From the NCBI GenBank assembly GCA_951406725.2, contig OX597838.1:3534001-3598000 (forward strand): 64,000 bases of DNA. Reading direction: 5' to 3'. The notes below the pieces were generated by a model that had not been told where the DNA came from, ran no database searches, and was given only the letters and a program-made list of their open reading frames with translations. This stretch comes from Octopus vulgaris. Lineage: Eukaryota. Numbering within the stretch: position 1 is the first letter of the stretch; each line of letters begins with the position of its first letter. The translations under genes and the position numbers were made by a program. Positions 28,857 through 42,037 of this stretch are shown here, piece after piece.

Positions 28857-29568
28857 CCGTGACGTCTGTGACGGGTACTGCTTTTGGAGGTATCGTGATC
28901 AGCCACTGTATGTCAATAACCAGTTGTATTCCGAGTGCAAAGAAGAACATGAGTATTTGGTAGGTACCTCTTAGATAGTTAGAAGCCATGCCTTCAGTTT
29001 GGTAAGCTTCTTCGCTCGTTTTTGAAGTTAGAATAACCATAAGTTTGACAAGCATCACAGAGAAAACGACTGCGTAGCTGAAACCGACGCCAAACCGTGT
29101 GATTCCGCACGTGATGTCGGTGGGGGTCGGCAGAAAGGCGAAGAGCGTTAAATAGCAAAGTAGGACCCCAAGGAGGAGTAACTGTCCCAACCACATGGTT
29201 CTCCATTGTCGACCCAGTTTCGTGCCCAACAGTTTGTAAAGAATGTAGATTTCGAATACGATGACCGCAAGGACACCGAGACTGGCCAGCACGCCCAATG
29301 GAATGATCCATTTTTGGTCCCTCACTCCGTATTCTTCCGAAGACCTCGTTGCTATGGCACCCATAAACCCTGTTTGAAAATCTACTCTGGGGACGAGCAT
29401 GAAGGCAATTGGTGTCGTGGCCGGCCGTTTGGTTGTTGACGCCGTAGCAGAAGTGACTGTCACGGGCGGAACGACGGGAGCTTTCTGACCACATTCAACA
29501 CACGGGTTGCTTGGGCACTCGCTAACTGAATTCAAAATGTCTAGTTTCTTTCCGTTGGTATACTCAGC
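28857..29568 (-). CDS. Class C GPCR coding exon 2 (stalk, TM1-TM4)
   Basis: TTTATTCAAG acceptor phase 0; SECPSNPCVEC, Pro/Thr-rich stalk, four hydrophobic helices, TM3 CGITRF...LVK; GTATGT donor phase 1. Confidence 0.93.
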
Positions 29569-29646
29569 CTTGAATAAATATAATAGAATAAACATTATCA
29601 ACAATAACAATATACAAATATATCTATATCTTAGTATATAAAACAG

Positions 29647-29758
29647 AGTGTGTGTGTGTGTGAGTGTGTATGTGTGTGTATGTGTGCGTGTGTGTGTATG
29701 TGTGTGTATGTGTGTGTGTGTGCGTGTGTGTATGTGTGTGTATGTGTGTGTGTGTATG

Positions 29759-29800
<42 letters not shown>

Positions 29801-29877
29801 CGTGTATATGTGTGTGTATGTGTGTGTGTGTGTGTATGTGCGTGCGTGTATATGTGTGTGTATGTGTGTGTGCGTGC

Positions 29878-29909
<32 letters not shown>

Positions 29910-30009
29910 GTATGTGTGTGTGTGTATGTGTGTGTGTGCGTGTGTGTGTATGTGTGTGTATGTGTGTGTGTATGTGTGTGTGTGTGTATGTGCGTGCGTG
30001 TGTGTGTGA

Positions 30010-30050
<41 letters not shown>
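29647..30050. repeat. Compound (GT)n microsatellite
   Basis: Directly visible. Confidence 0.95.
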
Positions 30051-30051
<1 letters not shown>

Positions 30052-30599
30052 TGAAAGAAATACTTTTTCTCAGAATATTTTGCACAATAAATTTTTTAAA
30101 GGAAATCTGGGCATCTTTCTTACTGCTGACCATCCAACTTCAAATTACAGTTGTTGATTGTCGGACGTCAAGTCGACGGAGATGTACATAAGGTGTTATC
30201 GTACTGAGTGGAAGTTTAGTATGAAGCTTTGAACTCATTGTCTCGTGGTTAGCAATCCATTGCCTTAAATTTGAAGCCATTAAGTCTTTAAGCATTATTT
30301 TACTGGGTTTAGTCTTTCAACTGTTGCCTTGATGCGGTGTCACCCTCAAAAATTTAATTGATCATACTGACCCCAGTGCATATTTCAATCTGGCATTTAT
30401 TTTATAGATCTCTGCTTGATGAACTTTGAGACACAGGGGGGGGGGGACACACAGTACTCGATTTAACAACAAATGCAAACACGCACACACACACACGCAT
30501 GCACACGCACACACGAACGCGCATATACCTCTACACACAACACACACAGACAACACACACATACATACACACACATACATACACGCACGTACATACACG

Positions 30600-30659
<60 letters not shown>

Positions 30660-30981
30660 AACGCATATATACCTTCACACACACAACACACACATACATG
30701 GACATACATACACACAACTACATACACTTCCACACTCACTCGCACGCTCATACACACACATCCCCCCACACACGAACACACACACATACTCATACAGAGA
30801 GAAAGAGAGAAAGCGGGACACACACGCACATACATTCCCACTCCGTCTACGTACACATGCCAACACACACATACATCCACACCCACCCATTCACACATCC
30901 ATCAAACTGGCCCAACTCACTACTGACCATCCCATCTACGCACACGTGCAGAAACACACAACCACCCATACATACACCATA

Positions 30982-31257
30982 CGAGGTTACCGTAGTCTTT
31001 TTGGTAGGCTTTTCTTTCCACGGGTAAACCTCACCTGTCCTCCCCTTTATACTTTATATTGACATTTCTGTGATAACGATCCCTATTGATCGATTTTTCT
31101 TTTTCCTTTTATTTTTATCCCCCCACTTTTTTTTTGCTTTCCCCTTTCTTTCCTTTTACGATCCCTTTTGATCGAAAACCAAACCCCCTTTTTTTTATCC
31201 CTCAAAAGAAAAGCTCTACCTTGTAATTTGTCCCGGCTGTGTGGCTAATAAAGAAAC
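30982..31257 (+). mobile_element. Tx1/L1-like LINE, 3'UTR-only copy followed by (TCTA)n
   Basis: Homologous to 32025-32295. Confidence 0.85.
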
Positions 31258-31333
<76 letters not shown>

Positions 31334-31334
31334 A

Positions 31335-32295
31335 TGGGATTAGCGGAGGGGAGGTACGACGATGAGCTCGGGCCGAACCTGGACATCGACGAGGAATACC
31401 TGACCCGCCTGTTCAGGACGACTTTCGGGTCAGGGCCCATAGATAACTTTCAGAGATCCCTGGCCTAGCAGTGCTACCGAGAAGCGCTACCCGTTCGGGA
31501 TAAGCTCTATAGACATGGCTCGAGAAACACGGGGCCGACCTGCCCGAGATGCGGTCAGAGCGACGAAACCGTTCTGCACGCACTCGTGCAGTGTCCAACA
31601 ATTTCCGAGCTGTCGGCTTATGTCGAACAACTGCTGTCACGTGTGAGACGAGTCAGTTTATCAGCCAAGTCTATCGTCAATATTGTCATGCCTCCTTCCT
31701 TCAAACGGGAAGGAAGAGCTATTTTCATCATCCTTGTGGCTATGGCGAAAGAATGTATCTGGTGGACACGTCTGAAAGGATTGGAGACAAACACTTTCCT
31801 CTCTGGTCAATCTCTCATCAACTTCTTCAAGTATCACTTGAAAAGGAAAGTGAGAGTAGAGAGGCAAGTTTTGTCTAACGAATGTTTTAAAAAAAGATGG
31901 GTGAATGTAGCAAGGATGGCACGTATGAATGACGAAGCCACCTTGAGCATAATCCTATGAACCCGGAAATTTAAAACAGGATTACCTACTTGCAAACAAA
32001 TGTGGTAACATGTAACAATATTGACCGAGGTTACCGTGGTCTTTTCCGTAGGCTTTTCTTCCCACGGATAAACCTTATCTGCTTCCCCCTTTACACCTTA
32101 CATCATGACACTGTGATACACGATCCCTATTGATCATTTTTTTTTGTTTCTTTTCCTTTTTTCTTCTTCTTTCCCTTTTACGTCCCTTTTGATCGAAAAC
32201 CTACCCCACATTTTTTTTTCTTTCCCCAAAAAAGAAAAGCTCTACTTTGTAATCTGTCCTGTCTGTGTGCAGCCCTGTGTGGCTAATAAAGAAAC
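31335..32295 (+). mobile_element. 5'-truncated Tx1/L1-clade LINE (ORF2 C-terminal CCHC zinc finger plus 3'UTR)
   Basis: ALPVRDKL...CPRCGQSDETVLHALVQC (zf-RVT-like); premature TAG at 31466; ORF stop at 31960; (TCTA)n on both sides. Confidence 0.9.
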
Positions 32296-32296
32296 A

Positions 32297-32403
<107 letters not shown>

Positions 32404-32570
32404 AACACACACACATGTAACATATGCATACACACACACATACATATGGACATACCCAACTCCAAGCCTTTTGCGTCAGTTGCCCTACATTCAGGAAATA
32501 AAGCTATTGAGTGAATTATCGAGTGGATAAAATTATTGAGAGGATTTCGTTGAGAAAGCTTGCTACTTAC

Positions 32571-33908
32571 CAAACTGGAAACATTCGTGATCTTTAATTT
32601 ATATTTCACAAAGCTTGAATGCAAATACTTTTCTGAGTCGAAGACATTTTGCGTTGCTCCATCAACGTTTAGACTAACAGTGGCGATTCCTTGCTGTATT
32701 AATTCCTTAGTGCCTTTCGAAAAATACTTGGTGGTCTTTGTCAGTTCGTGTATGGCCGTCATTATTGAGTGAAGAGAGAGAAATAGGAACGGAACTGTAG
32801 GATCCAGTTTCTCTTCGGTGAAAACATCAGAGCAATTTGGTTTATTCTTCTCCACGCAGTAATCTGTGATCCATGTTTTATCAACTGGCGGCCCGCTAGC
32901 AGCAATCTGTTTGTAATAGTTATGGAAGTCGTTCGCTCTGGTATTGATTTCGCTTGCCGCAACAGTTGGAATAACGATTACTGATTTTATATTTACAAAA
33001 TTATGGTCGTGTACAGTGAGACCGATGGCAAAGAATACAAAAGAATTGAGTTGAATACTTTTCTGGTTGGCTGCCATTAACACGGATGATATGACATTAT
33101 CGTCTGCAATAATCACGACATACGAGGTTTTCCTCCTTACTTGAAGTTGTTGAAACACAGTATCATAATTGCTTGCACTAATTGAGACAGAAGCGTTATA
33201 CACGCTACATATTTTACTGGCATTAGCTTGTTTTATGAACTCTTTGCTTCTGTTTATCCAGAATTCTTCATTTTGGTAAAGGACAATCACGTAATGTATA
33301 TTGTTATCTTTCAGTAAGTCTACTAGAACTTCACTGGAATTTTTATATCTGGGAGCGCCCTGGAAGAAGTAAGGGTATTTGGCTGGAAGCTTTGTGTTGC
33401 CTATGGGAGAGATTATCGACTTATCGGTTCGCTTTAAAGAGCTGGCGAGTGCAACGGTGTCTGTCAATCGATCTGCACCGACGTAGACTAACAGCGAATC
33501 TGGAGATATTTGTTCATTATATTGCGACATACAGTTAATCTGCTCTGTCTCAAAAGATACTACCTGCTGCGTGACCAAACTGCTATCAGAGCAGGTATCA
33601 AATACCAAACCCCCTGTCTTAACTTCACTACCTGACACTGGGTGTTTATCCAGGTACCAGAGGAACGCTTCACTGAGTTGGAGACCACGTTGCAAAACTT
33701 TGCCGCACTGGTCTAATTTTACGCCGACGTCGTGCAACGTAAACACAGAGCCAATATAATAAAATTTATCGGGTAAAGGATTTCGAACTGAGAACATCGG
33801 TGTCTTATCGCTGCAGAGTTTTATTGCTTCAACCGAAAACTGTTGTTGAGGGACGAAAACCAAACATAGCATCGTCAGGAATATTAAAAGATGACTTGGA
33901 TCCCACAT
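32571..33908 (-). CDS. Class C GPCR coding exon 1 (signal peptide plus Venus-flytrap/ANF-receptor domain)
   Basis: 446 open codons from ATG at 33908, directly preceded by a TTGCAG acceptor; MWDPSHLLIFLTMLCLVFV signal; IGSVFTLH, QCG, GGLVFDTC, KYPYFF motifs; GTAAGT donor; five exons sum to 2829 nt (942 aa plus stop). Confidence 0.93.
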
Positions 33909-33985
33909 CTGCAAGAAATTGAAGAAAATTTGTAAATTTTGTATGATATATGATATGATATGATATGATATGATATGATATGATA

Positions 33986-34046
<61 letters not shown>

Positions 34047-34105
34047 CATATATACACACACATATATATATATATATCCATATATATATATACATACATA
34101 CATAT

Positions 34106-34178
<73 letters not shown>

Positions 34179-34988
34179 AATACACACGCACATACACAAC
34201 AACAACACACATTTATGAGTTGGAAATATCTGGTAAGGTGTACTGCATCAAGGCATATGTGTGTGTGTGTGTGTAAAAGAAAGATGGGGGGGAAGAAAGT
34301 TTCTAACAATGCAAGAAGTTTAACAAAATACATGCATATATGGGTACAAGACGGCACCAACAGTGCAAATAACATGAAATACGAGAATAAGGAATACAAA
34401 CGAGAAAAAGGAAAACAGGACAAGTAAACACAGAGAAAAGACCCTTCATTAGTTGTCGGCTGTCTACTCCTCATTTCGAGCATTCAACGACAATAAGAGT
34501 CTTCAAAGACAGTAGCTTATATAAGTTCTAAAATAAAAATTTAGGATTTATGGAGGGTCAAATTTGGGGATAAAAAAAAGGACAGTCGAGACATACAAGG
34601 AAACCGAACGAAAACGAAAATGGAGGGTCGTTAGACCAGAACAAGAGGAAAATAGTGAACGCTGGGAGAAACATTTTTTAATGATAAAAGATAGGATAGG
34701 GAGAGGAAAACATGTCCGTTCTTTTAAACATCCGTGCAGGCAAAGAAAGATGGTCACGTGAGGAAAAGAAAGATGGACGATGGTCACGTATGAGCAACGA
34801 GAGAGAGAGAGAGAGAGAGAGAAAGAAAGAGAAAAAGGGAAGAGAGAGAAAGGTAGAAAACGGTGAAGGAGGGAGGGGGAAGGGAATTAGAGAAGGAAGG
34901 AGGAAGAAAACAGTATAGAGTAGAGAGTCGTATCAAAAAGGTGAAGACAAACTCACTTGGACATGGATGCTTGGCGTTCAATTAAATA

Positions 34989-35046
<58 letters not shown>

Positions 35047-35062
35047 GTGTGTGTGTGTCTAC

Positions 35063-35140
<78 letters not shown>

Positions 35141-35271
35141 ATATATATATATATATATAGAAATTCGGGGTGAGTACTTGATAATTATAAGCACCTGTGT
35201 ATACCGTTTGGTGGTGTAGGTGGTGGAGTAAATTGATCAAAATAAAATAAAAACATGATGCGAAGGATTCA

Positions 35272-35349
35272 GCGGTACATATGTTTCGGGCCTTTATTAG
35301 ACAGATTTATAACAATGCATAATGTATGTCTGTGGCCTTCTTCAGCCGC
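35272..35349 (-). ncRNA. Type I hammerhead motif, left arm of palindrome
   Basis: GCGG CTGAAGA A GGCC...GGCC C GAAAC ATAT GTA CCGC on the minus strand. Confidence 0.72.
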
Positions 35350-35594
35350 ACAACAGCTTCCACAAGGACATGTGTTACATCAAAAATTCTTGGTTGGGGA
35401 TGCAAATCCTCTCATTCACGTACGACATAATGCGGCAGCAGCATAGAGTTGAAGCGTCCATCTCTTTCTTCTCTCAAGAGATGGACGCTTCAACTCTATG
35501 CTGCTGCCGCATTATGTCGTACGTGAATGAGAGGATTTGCATCCCCAACCAAGAATTTTTGATGTAACACATGTCCTTGTGGAAGCTGTTGTGC

Positions 35595-35672
35595 GCGGCT
35601 GAAGAAGGCCACAGACATACATTATGCATTGTTATAAATCTGTCTAATAAAGGCCCGAAACATATGTACCGC
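35595..35672 (+). ncRNA. Type I hammerhead motif, right arm of palindrome
   Basis: GCGG CTGAAGA A GGCC...GGCC C GAAAC ATAT GTA CCGC; palindromic stem III ACATATGT. Confidence 0.72.
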
Positions 35673-35709
35673 TGAATCCTTCGCATCATGTTTTTATTTT
35701 ATTTTGATC

Positions 35710-35742
<33 letters not shown>

Positions 35743-35792
35743 CGTGTGTGTCTACATATATCTATAAATATATATATATATATAATATATAC

Positions 35793-35847
<55 letters not shown>

Positions 35848-35853
35848 TTATAT

Positions 35854-35900
<47 letters not shown>

Positions 35901-35904
35901 TTTT

Positions 35905-36301
35905 TTACTCTTTTACTCTTTTACTTGTTTCAGTCATTTCACTGCGGCCATGCTGGAGCACCACCTTTAATCGAGCAACTCGACACCGGGACTTATTCTT
36001 TTGTAAGGCCAGTACTTATTCTATCGGTCTCTTTTGCCGAACCGCTAAGTAACGGGGACATAAACACACCAGCATCGGTTGTCAAGCAATGCTAGGGGGA
36101 CAAACACAGACACAAAAACACACACACGCATATATATACATATATACGACGGGCTTCTTTCAGTTTCCGTGTACCAGATCCACTCACAAGGCATTGGTCG
36201 GCCCGAGGCTATAGTAGAAGACACTTGCCCAAGGTGCCACGCAGTGGGACTGAACCCGGAACCATGTGGTTGGTAAACAAGCTACTTACCACACAGCCAC
36301 T
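35905..36301 (-). mobile_element. SINE family A
   Basis: Homologous to 48938-49358. Confidence 0.9.
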
Positions 36302-36474
36302 AAATATAATAATATATTTGTTTACGTCGCCGTAACTTAGCGGTTCGGCAAAATTGACCAATAGAATAAGTAGTAGGCTTACAAAGAATAAATTCTCGGG
36401 TCGATTTGTTCGACCAAAGGCGGTGCTCCAGCATGGCTACCGTCAAATTACTGAAGCAAATAAGAGAATAAAAC

Positions 36475-36520
<46 letters not shown>

Positions 36521-36949
36521 CAATAAAACATGTCAGAAAAGATGCACATTCTAAAGAATAAATGTGTCGGCTTCAAGCGCCACCTACTGGGAATTTGGAT
36601 CTCCCCGTTTTGCTGCTTACGCATTTTCGTGTCTTTAAGAGTTGTTTTATCCACTGGTTCAGGGGAGACAACCCGTCCTAATTAATGTTTTTAAATGTTA
36701 AAACTTAAGTCTCGATTTCTGAGCGTTTCCTCATGTCTGAGACGTAGAAAGTTAACATTTTTTGTTCTATATTTTTAGAGATGAGGGATTCTGTATATTA
36801 TTTACATTGGACGGAAATGTGTCCTCATCAAGTTTGTTGTGACCACAGCGTTTCGGCTGATTTACTCTCCAGCCTTCATCAGGCGTCTTGGTGGAATCGT
36901 GAACCCAACCCTGGGTTCTCATTCCTAAGATATTTTTTGCTGATGTTAC

Positions 36950-37015
<66 letters not shown>

Positions 37016-37016
<1 letters not shown>

Positions 37017-37527
37017 GAGTGAGAGAGCAGTGCATGCCATCAAAGTGACACTGGGGTAAAATATACGAAGCCCAGTATACCTATCATGGCTACCCGTCTG
37101 ATAAGGATACACCAGGTACATGCATCATAACCATATGTGCACGACATGGTGATCTCATATCAAGATAAATAGCGCATGACCTTGCAGGTGGGGCCCAGTT
37201 AGAATTTTCTTATGATCGATTAGCCCATCCCGCTCAAAAGGTCCCTGAATAAGGATTGTTTAAGGATGTTGAACGAATCACCCATGTTTCTAGAGGTGAA
37301 TTATCCAAACCTCAAAGAATTCCTCTCAACACACGGCTATGATACCTCCACCCACTACTTCTGCTCGTGATCAGAGATGCACATATCGTCAGCCACTAAG
37401 GGACATGCTCAACTGATTAAGGTCAAACAACTGACAAGCAAATCTGTGGTATTGAGCAGAATATTTGCTGTAGCCCATGTTTTATACCAAGACAAAACAA
37501 TGTACATGATAACACTTCTAATCAGTT
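37016..37527 (-). mobile_element. ~500-bp (AAT)n-associated repeat, copy 2
   Basis: Matches 1252-1708 and 63368-63871; (TTA)n on both sides. Confidence 0.88.
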
Positions 37528-37533
37528 ATTATA

Positions 37534-37598
<65 letters not shown>

Positions 37599-37816
37599 CA
37601 TTATTATTAATATTATTATTATTATTATTATCATCATCATCATCATCATCATTAAGGCGACGAACTGGCAGAATTGTTCTGAGTTCAAATTCCCCCGACG
37701 TCGACTTCGCCTTTCATCATTTCAGGGTCGATAAATTAAGTACCAGTCACGCACTTGGGTCGTTGTAATCGACTAGTCCCATCCCACCAAATTTCAGGCC
37801 TTGTGCCTATAGTAAA

Positions 37817-37873
<57 letters not shown>

Positions 37874-38309
37874 TGTTATTATTATTATTATTATTGTCGT
37901 TGTTGTTGATGTTGTTGTCGTTGCTATTGCTTCGTTTCCCCTGTTCCTTCAATAGAACGTACCCTGGAATCTCTCAAAATATCCACTCCCATCCCATCCA
38001 CCCCTATAATCTCAACGTGCCCTCAAAACAACCCTTAAAAAAAAAAAAGCTGCCTGTTCTCGTTAAACACATAATAGAAATCTCTTCTTTTATTCTTTTA
38101 CTTGTTTCAGTCATTTGACTGCGGCCATGCTGGAGCACCACCTTTAGTCGAACACACCGAACCCAGCACTTATTCTTTTGTAAGCCTAGTACTTATTATT
38201 CTATCGGTCTCTTTTGCCGAACGGCTAAGTCACGTGTACGTAAACACACCAACATCGGTTGTCAAGCGATAGTGAGAGGACACACACACACACACACACA
38301 CACACAGAG

Positions 38310-38380
<71 letters not shown>

Positions 38381-38465
38381 TTAAATAATATGGGTAGAAA
38401 TTGATATTAATCAATTAAAACCAGTGGATTAGCATATTTAAAAATCCGAAGATTATAAATTATGT

Positions 38466-38614
38466 TACATACAAAATTAAGAGGAATGACCACTAAAGTG
38501 GACACCCTTTATGCTAAACATAGACGTCAAATCGCCATTACCACGTAATGGCGATTTGACCTCTATGTTTAGCATAAAGGGTGTCCACTTTAGTGCTCAT
38601 TTCTCTTAATTTTG

Positions 38615-38620
<6 letters not shown>
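38466..38620. repeat. 155-bp palindrome (76-bp arms, 3-nt loop)
   Basis: TACATACAAAATTAAGAG...GCCATTAC-CAC-GTAATGGC...CTCTTAATTTTGTATGTA with about 3 mismatches. Confidence 0.92.
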
Positions 38621-38678
<58 letters not shown>

Positions 38679-39231
38679 GCTTCTTTCACTCACAAGGCTT
38701 TGGTCGGTCTGGGGCTATAGTAGAAAACACTTGTCCAAGATGCCACACAGTGGAACTGAACCCAGAACCGTGTGGTTGGTAAGCAAGATTCTTACCACAC
38801 AGCCATGACTATATTTAAAAATCTCAAATGTAATACAAATAATACTTTCTACTCTACGCATTTTGATTCGACCCCAGTACTTCACTGGTACTTATATTAA
38901 GGCCCCCGGAAGGCTGAAATGAAAAAGTCGATTTCAGTGATATTTGAACTCAGGACGTAACGAGTTGGAAAACGTAAAAAAAAAAAATTGCTTCTTCTAT
39001 AGGCACAAGGCCGGCAATTTTGGGGGAGATGGCGAGTCAATTACATCGACCCCAGTACTTCACTGCTACTTTTATTAAGGGTCCCGAAAGGATGAACGGG
39101 TAAGTCGACGTCGGCGAAATAAGAAATGATGGTTTAAAATTTTGGCATAAGGCCAGCAACGTCGGGGAAGGGGTCAGTCGATTACATCGGACCCCGAAAG
39201 GATCAAAGGAAAACTCGACCTCGACAGAATA

Positions 39232-39265
<34 letters not shown>

Positions 39266-39310
39266 TTAATAATAATAATAATAATAATGATAATAATAAT
39301 AATCTCTCTC

Positions 39311-39514
39311 TCTCTTTTACTCTTTTACTTGTTTCAGTTATTTGACTGCGGCCATGCTGGAGCACCGCCTTTAGTCGACCAAATCGAACCCAGGACTTAT
39401 TCTTTGTAAGCCTAGTACTTATTCTATCGGTCTCTTTTGCCGAACCGCTAAGTTACGGGGACGTAAGCACACCAACATCGGTTGTCGAGCGATGTTGGGG
39501 GTGTGTAACAAAAC

Positions 39515-39584
<70 letters not shown>

Positions 39585-39685
39585 GAACGACGGGCTTCTT
39601 TCAGTTTCTGTCTACCAAACCCACTCACAAGGCTTTGGTCGACCCGAGGCTATAGTAGAAGACACTTGCCCAAGATGGGACTGAA
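39311..39685 (-). mobile_element. SINE family A, 5' truncated
   Basis: Homologous to 48938-49358. Confidence 0.88.
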
Positions 39686-39707
39686 CAATAATAATAATAA
39701 TAATTAA

Positions 39708-39976
39708 TTCGTTTATTGGCCACAAGGGCAAACAAAACTCAATATAAAGGGACAAAACACAGGACGAAAGTTACAAAAGGTTTTGTCCGTTTGAAAAAGG
39801 TCCGTGTACAAAAGTAGGATAAGAACGAAATGTAAGTAACAATTAAAACTCCCAACAGGGGGAGGCGCTTCGAAAGGTTACTCGTGGAAAAACCCATAAA
39901 AGCCACGGCAGCCTGGTCAAAAGTGGGGTAGAGAGCCCTTTTCTCCTTTTATATTTCCTTTTAATTCTTTACAGGT
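39708..39976 (-). mobile_element. Divergent Tx1-like 3'UTR copy flanked by (AAT)n
   Basis: Minus strand GACCAGGCTGCCGTGGCTTTTATGGGTTTTTCCACGAGTAACC and end GCCCTTGTGGCCAATAAACGAA resemble 32023-32075 and 32271-32295. Confidence 0.65.
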
Positions 39977-40007
<31 letters not shown>

Positions 40008-40700
40008 CGACGACGACGACGACAACAATAAGAGTTTCAAATTCTGGCGCAGGGCCAGCAGCTTTTGAGGGTAGGGAGCTAATTCATCACATCGACCCCA
40101 AAAGCATGAAAAGAAAAGTCAACCTCGGCGGAATTTGAACTCGGAACGTGAACACCCGGAAGAAATGTAAAAAAAAAAACAAAATAGAAGTAACAAATAT
40201 CCAAAAAGTCAGCAAAGAAAAAAAACCCCCCCGAAAAAAACAAAGCAGCCCCCCAGACAAAGTGGAAAGAAAACTCCTTACTTTGATAATCCTTATTACT
40301 GAAATCCTGGTGGATATTGTTAATCCCTCTCTTTTAACGAAAGTATCTTCACCTCAGCTTCTGGTGGCGTCCACCAGATTTCACTCTTAGCTCTTTCTTT
40401 CTTTCCCTGCCCGTGTGTGTGTGTGTGTCTATGCGTGTGTGCGTGTGTGCATATGTGTGTATCTATATGTGTATGTGTGTGTGGGTGTGTGTGTGTGAGT
40501 GGGTGTCGTTCTCTCTCACAACTCTTACAGTCGCTCTGTCTCTGTCTCTCTCTGTCTCTGTCTCTCTCTGTCGCTCTCTCTCTCTCTCTCTGTCTGCCTC
40601 CTGCTGCCTGCCTCTCACTTTCTCCTCTCTCTCTCTAGCTCTTTCTTTCTCTGCCCGTGTGTGTGTATGCGTATATGTGTGCGTGTGTGTGTATCTATAT

Positions 40701-40743
<43 letters not shown>

Positions 40744-41637
40744 TGGGTGTCGTTCTCTCTCACACTCTCACAGCCGCTCTGTCTCTCTCTGTCGCACCTT
40801 GTCTCTCTCTCTCTCTCTCTCTCTGTCTCTGTCTCTCTCCCTCTCTCTATCTCTATCTTTCTCATACGTATCCTTTCTGTATGTCTGTCTGTCTGTCTGT
40901 CCTCTGCCTCTCACTCTCTCTCTCTCTCTCTCTCTTTCTTGATGTGTTGGAGTGTGTCTTTCTCCCTCTTTACCAGCATTTGTCTGTCTGTCTGTCTGTC
41001 TGTCCCTCTCCTCATACGCCTTCTCTCAGCTTGTGTGTGTGTGTGTCTGTGTGTCCTTCTCCAGTGCGATAGAGAGAGAATTTTCAAGCGACAACAGCAG
41101 CAGCAGCACCGGCAGCAGCATTAATTGCAAGAGCAGGTAAAATTAGTAGTAGTGGTGGAGGTAGTGGATGTGGTGGTGGTGGTGGAGGTGGTGGTGGTGG
41201 TGGTAGTTGTGTGTTGCAAGATGAAGAAAGAAAGAGAGGAAACCTGAGTGGCAACAAGAACAATTTCTAAGACGATAACAATAACAACAATAAGACGGAG
41301 AGAGAGAGAGAGAGAGTGAGAGAGAGAGGGAGAGTGAGAGAGTGTGTGGGGAGTGGGAAGAGGCCACTGTTTTCAATATCAATGGTAATGACAGAGTAAC
41401 AATGGATTCGGTGGATGAACGAAGGCCAACATTCACCACCACCACCATATCACCGCCGCCGCCGCCGCCGCCATCATCACCGTCGCCACCACCATCACTA
41501 CCACCGCCGCCACCACCACCACCACCATCGCCACCACCACCATCACCGTCGCCACCACCGCCGCCGCCACCATAACAACCAGCCACCCGCCCTCCACCTC
41601 CTCCACCACTATTACCCATTTCTTTACTACCCACAAG

Positions 41638-42033
41638 GGATTAAACACAGAGAGGACAAACGAGGACAGACATAGGTATTAAGTCGATTTAGATCGACCC
41701 CAGTGCGTAACTGGTACTTATTTAATTGACCCCGAAAGGATGAAAGCCAAAGTCGACCTCGGCGGAATTTGAACACAGAACGTAACGGCAGACGAAATAC
41801 CTATTTCTTTACTACCCTCCAGGGGCTAAACATAGAGGGGACAAACAAGGACAGATATAGGTATTAAGTCGATTACATCGACCCCAGTGCGTAACTGGTA
41901 CTTAATTTATTGACCCCCGAAAGGATGAAAGGCAAAGTCGACCTCGGCGGAATTTGAACTCACAACGTAACAGCAGACGAAATACCGCTAAGCATTTCGC
42001 CCGACGTGCTAACCACTCTGCCAGCCCACCGCC
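41638..42033 (-). mobile_element. SINE family B, full copy followed by a headless tandem copy
   Basis: Junction AAAGAAATA|GGTATTTCGTCTG. Confidence 0.88.
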
Positions 42034-42037
42034 TTTT

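Larger units (their letters stand above)
35230..35714. repeat. Near-perfect 485-bp palindrome (237-bp arms, 9-nt spacer)
   Basis: 35230-35466 is the reverse complement of 35476-35714 apart from a 2-nt indel. Confidence 0.95.

Noticed and set aside
34430-34495. Repeat with GAAA and CT(G/A)ATGA on the minus strand (also ~54820-54880)
   Set aside because: Could not build three consistent stems, so not called a ribozyme
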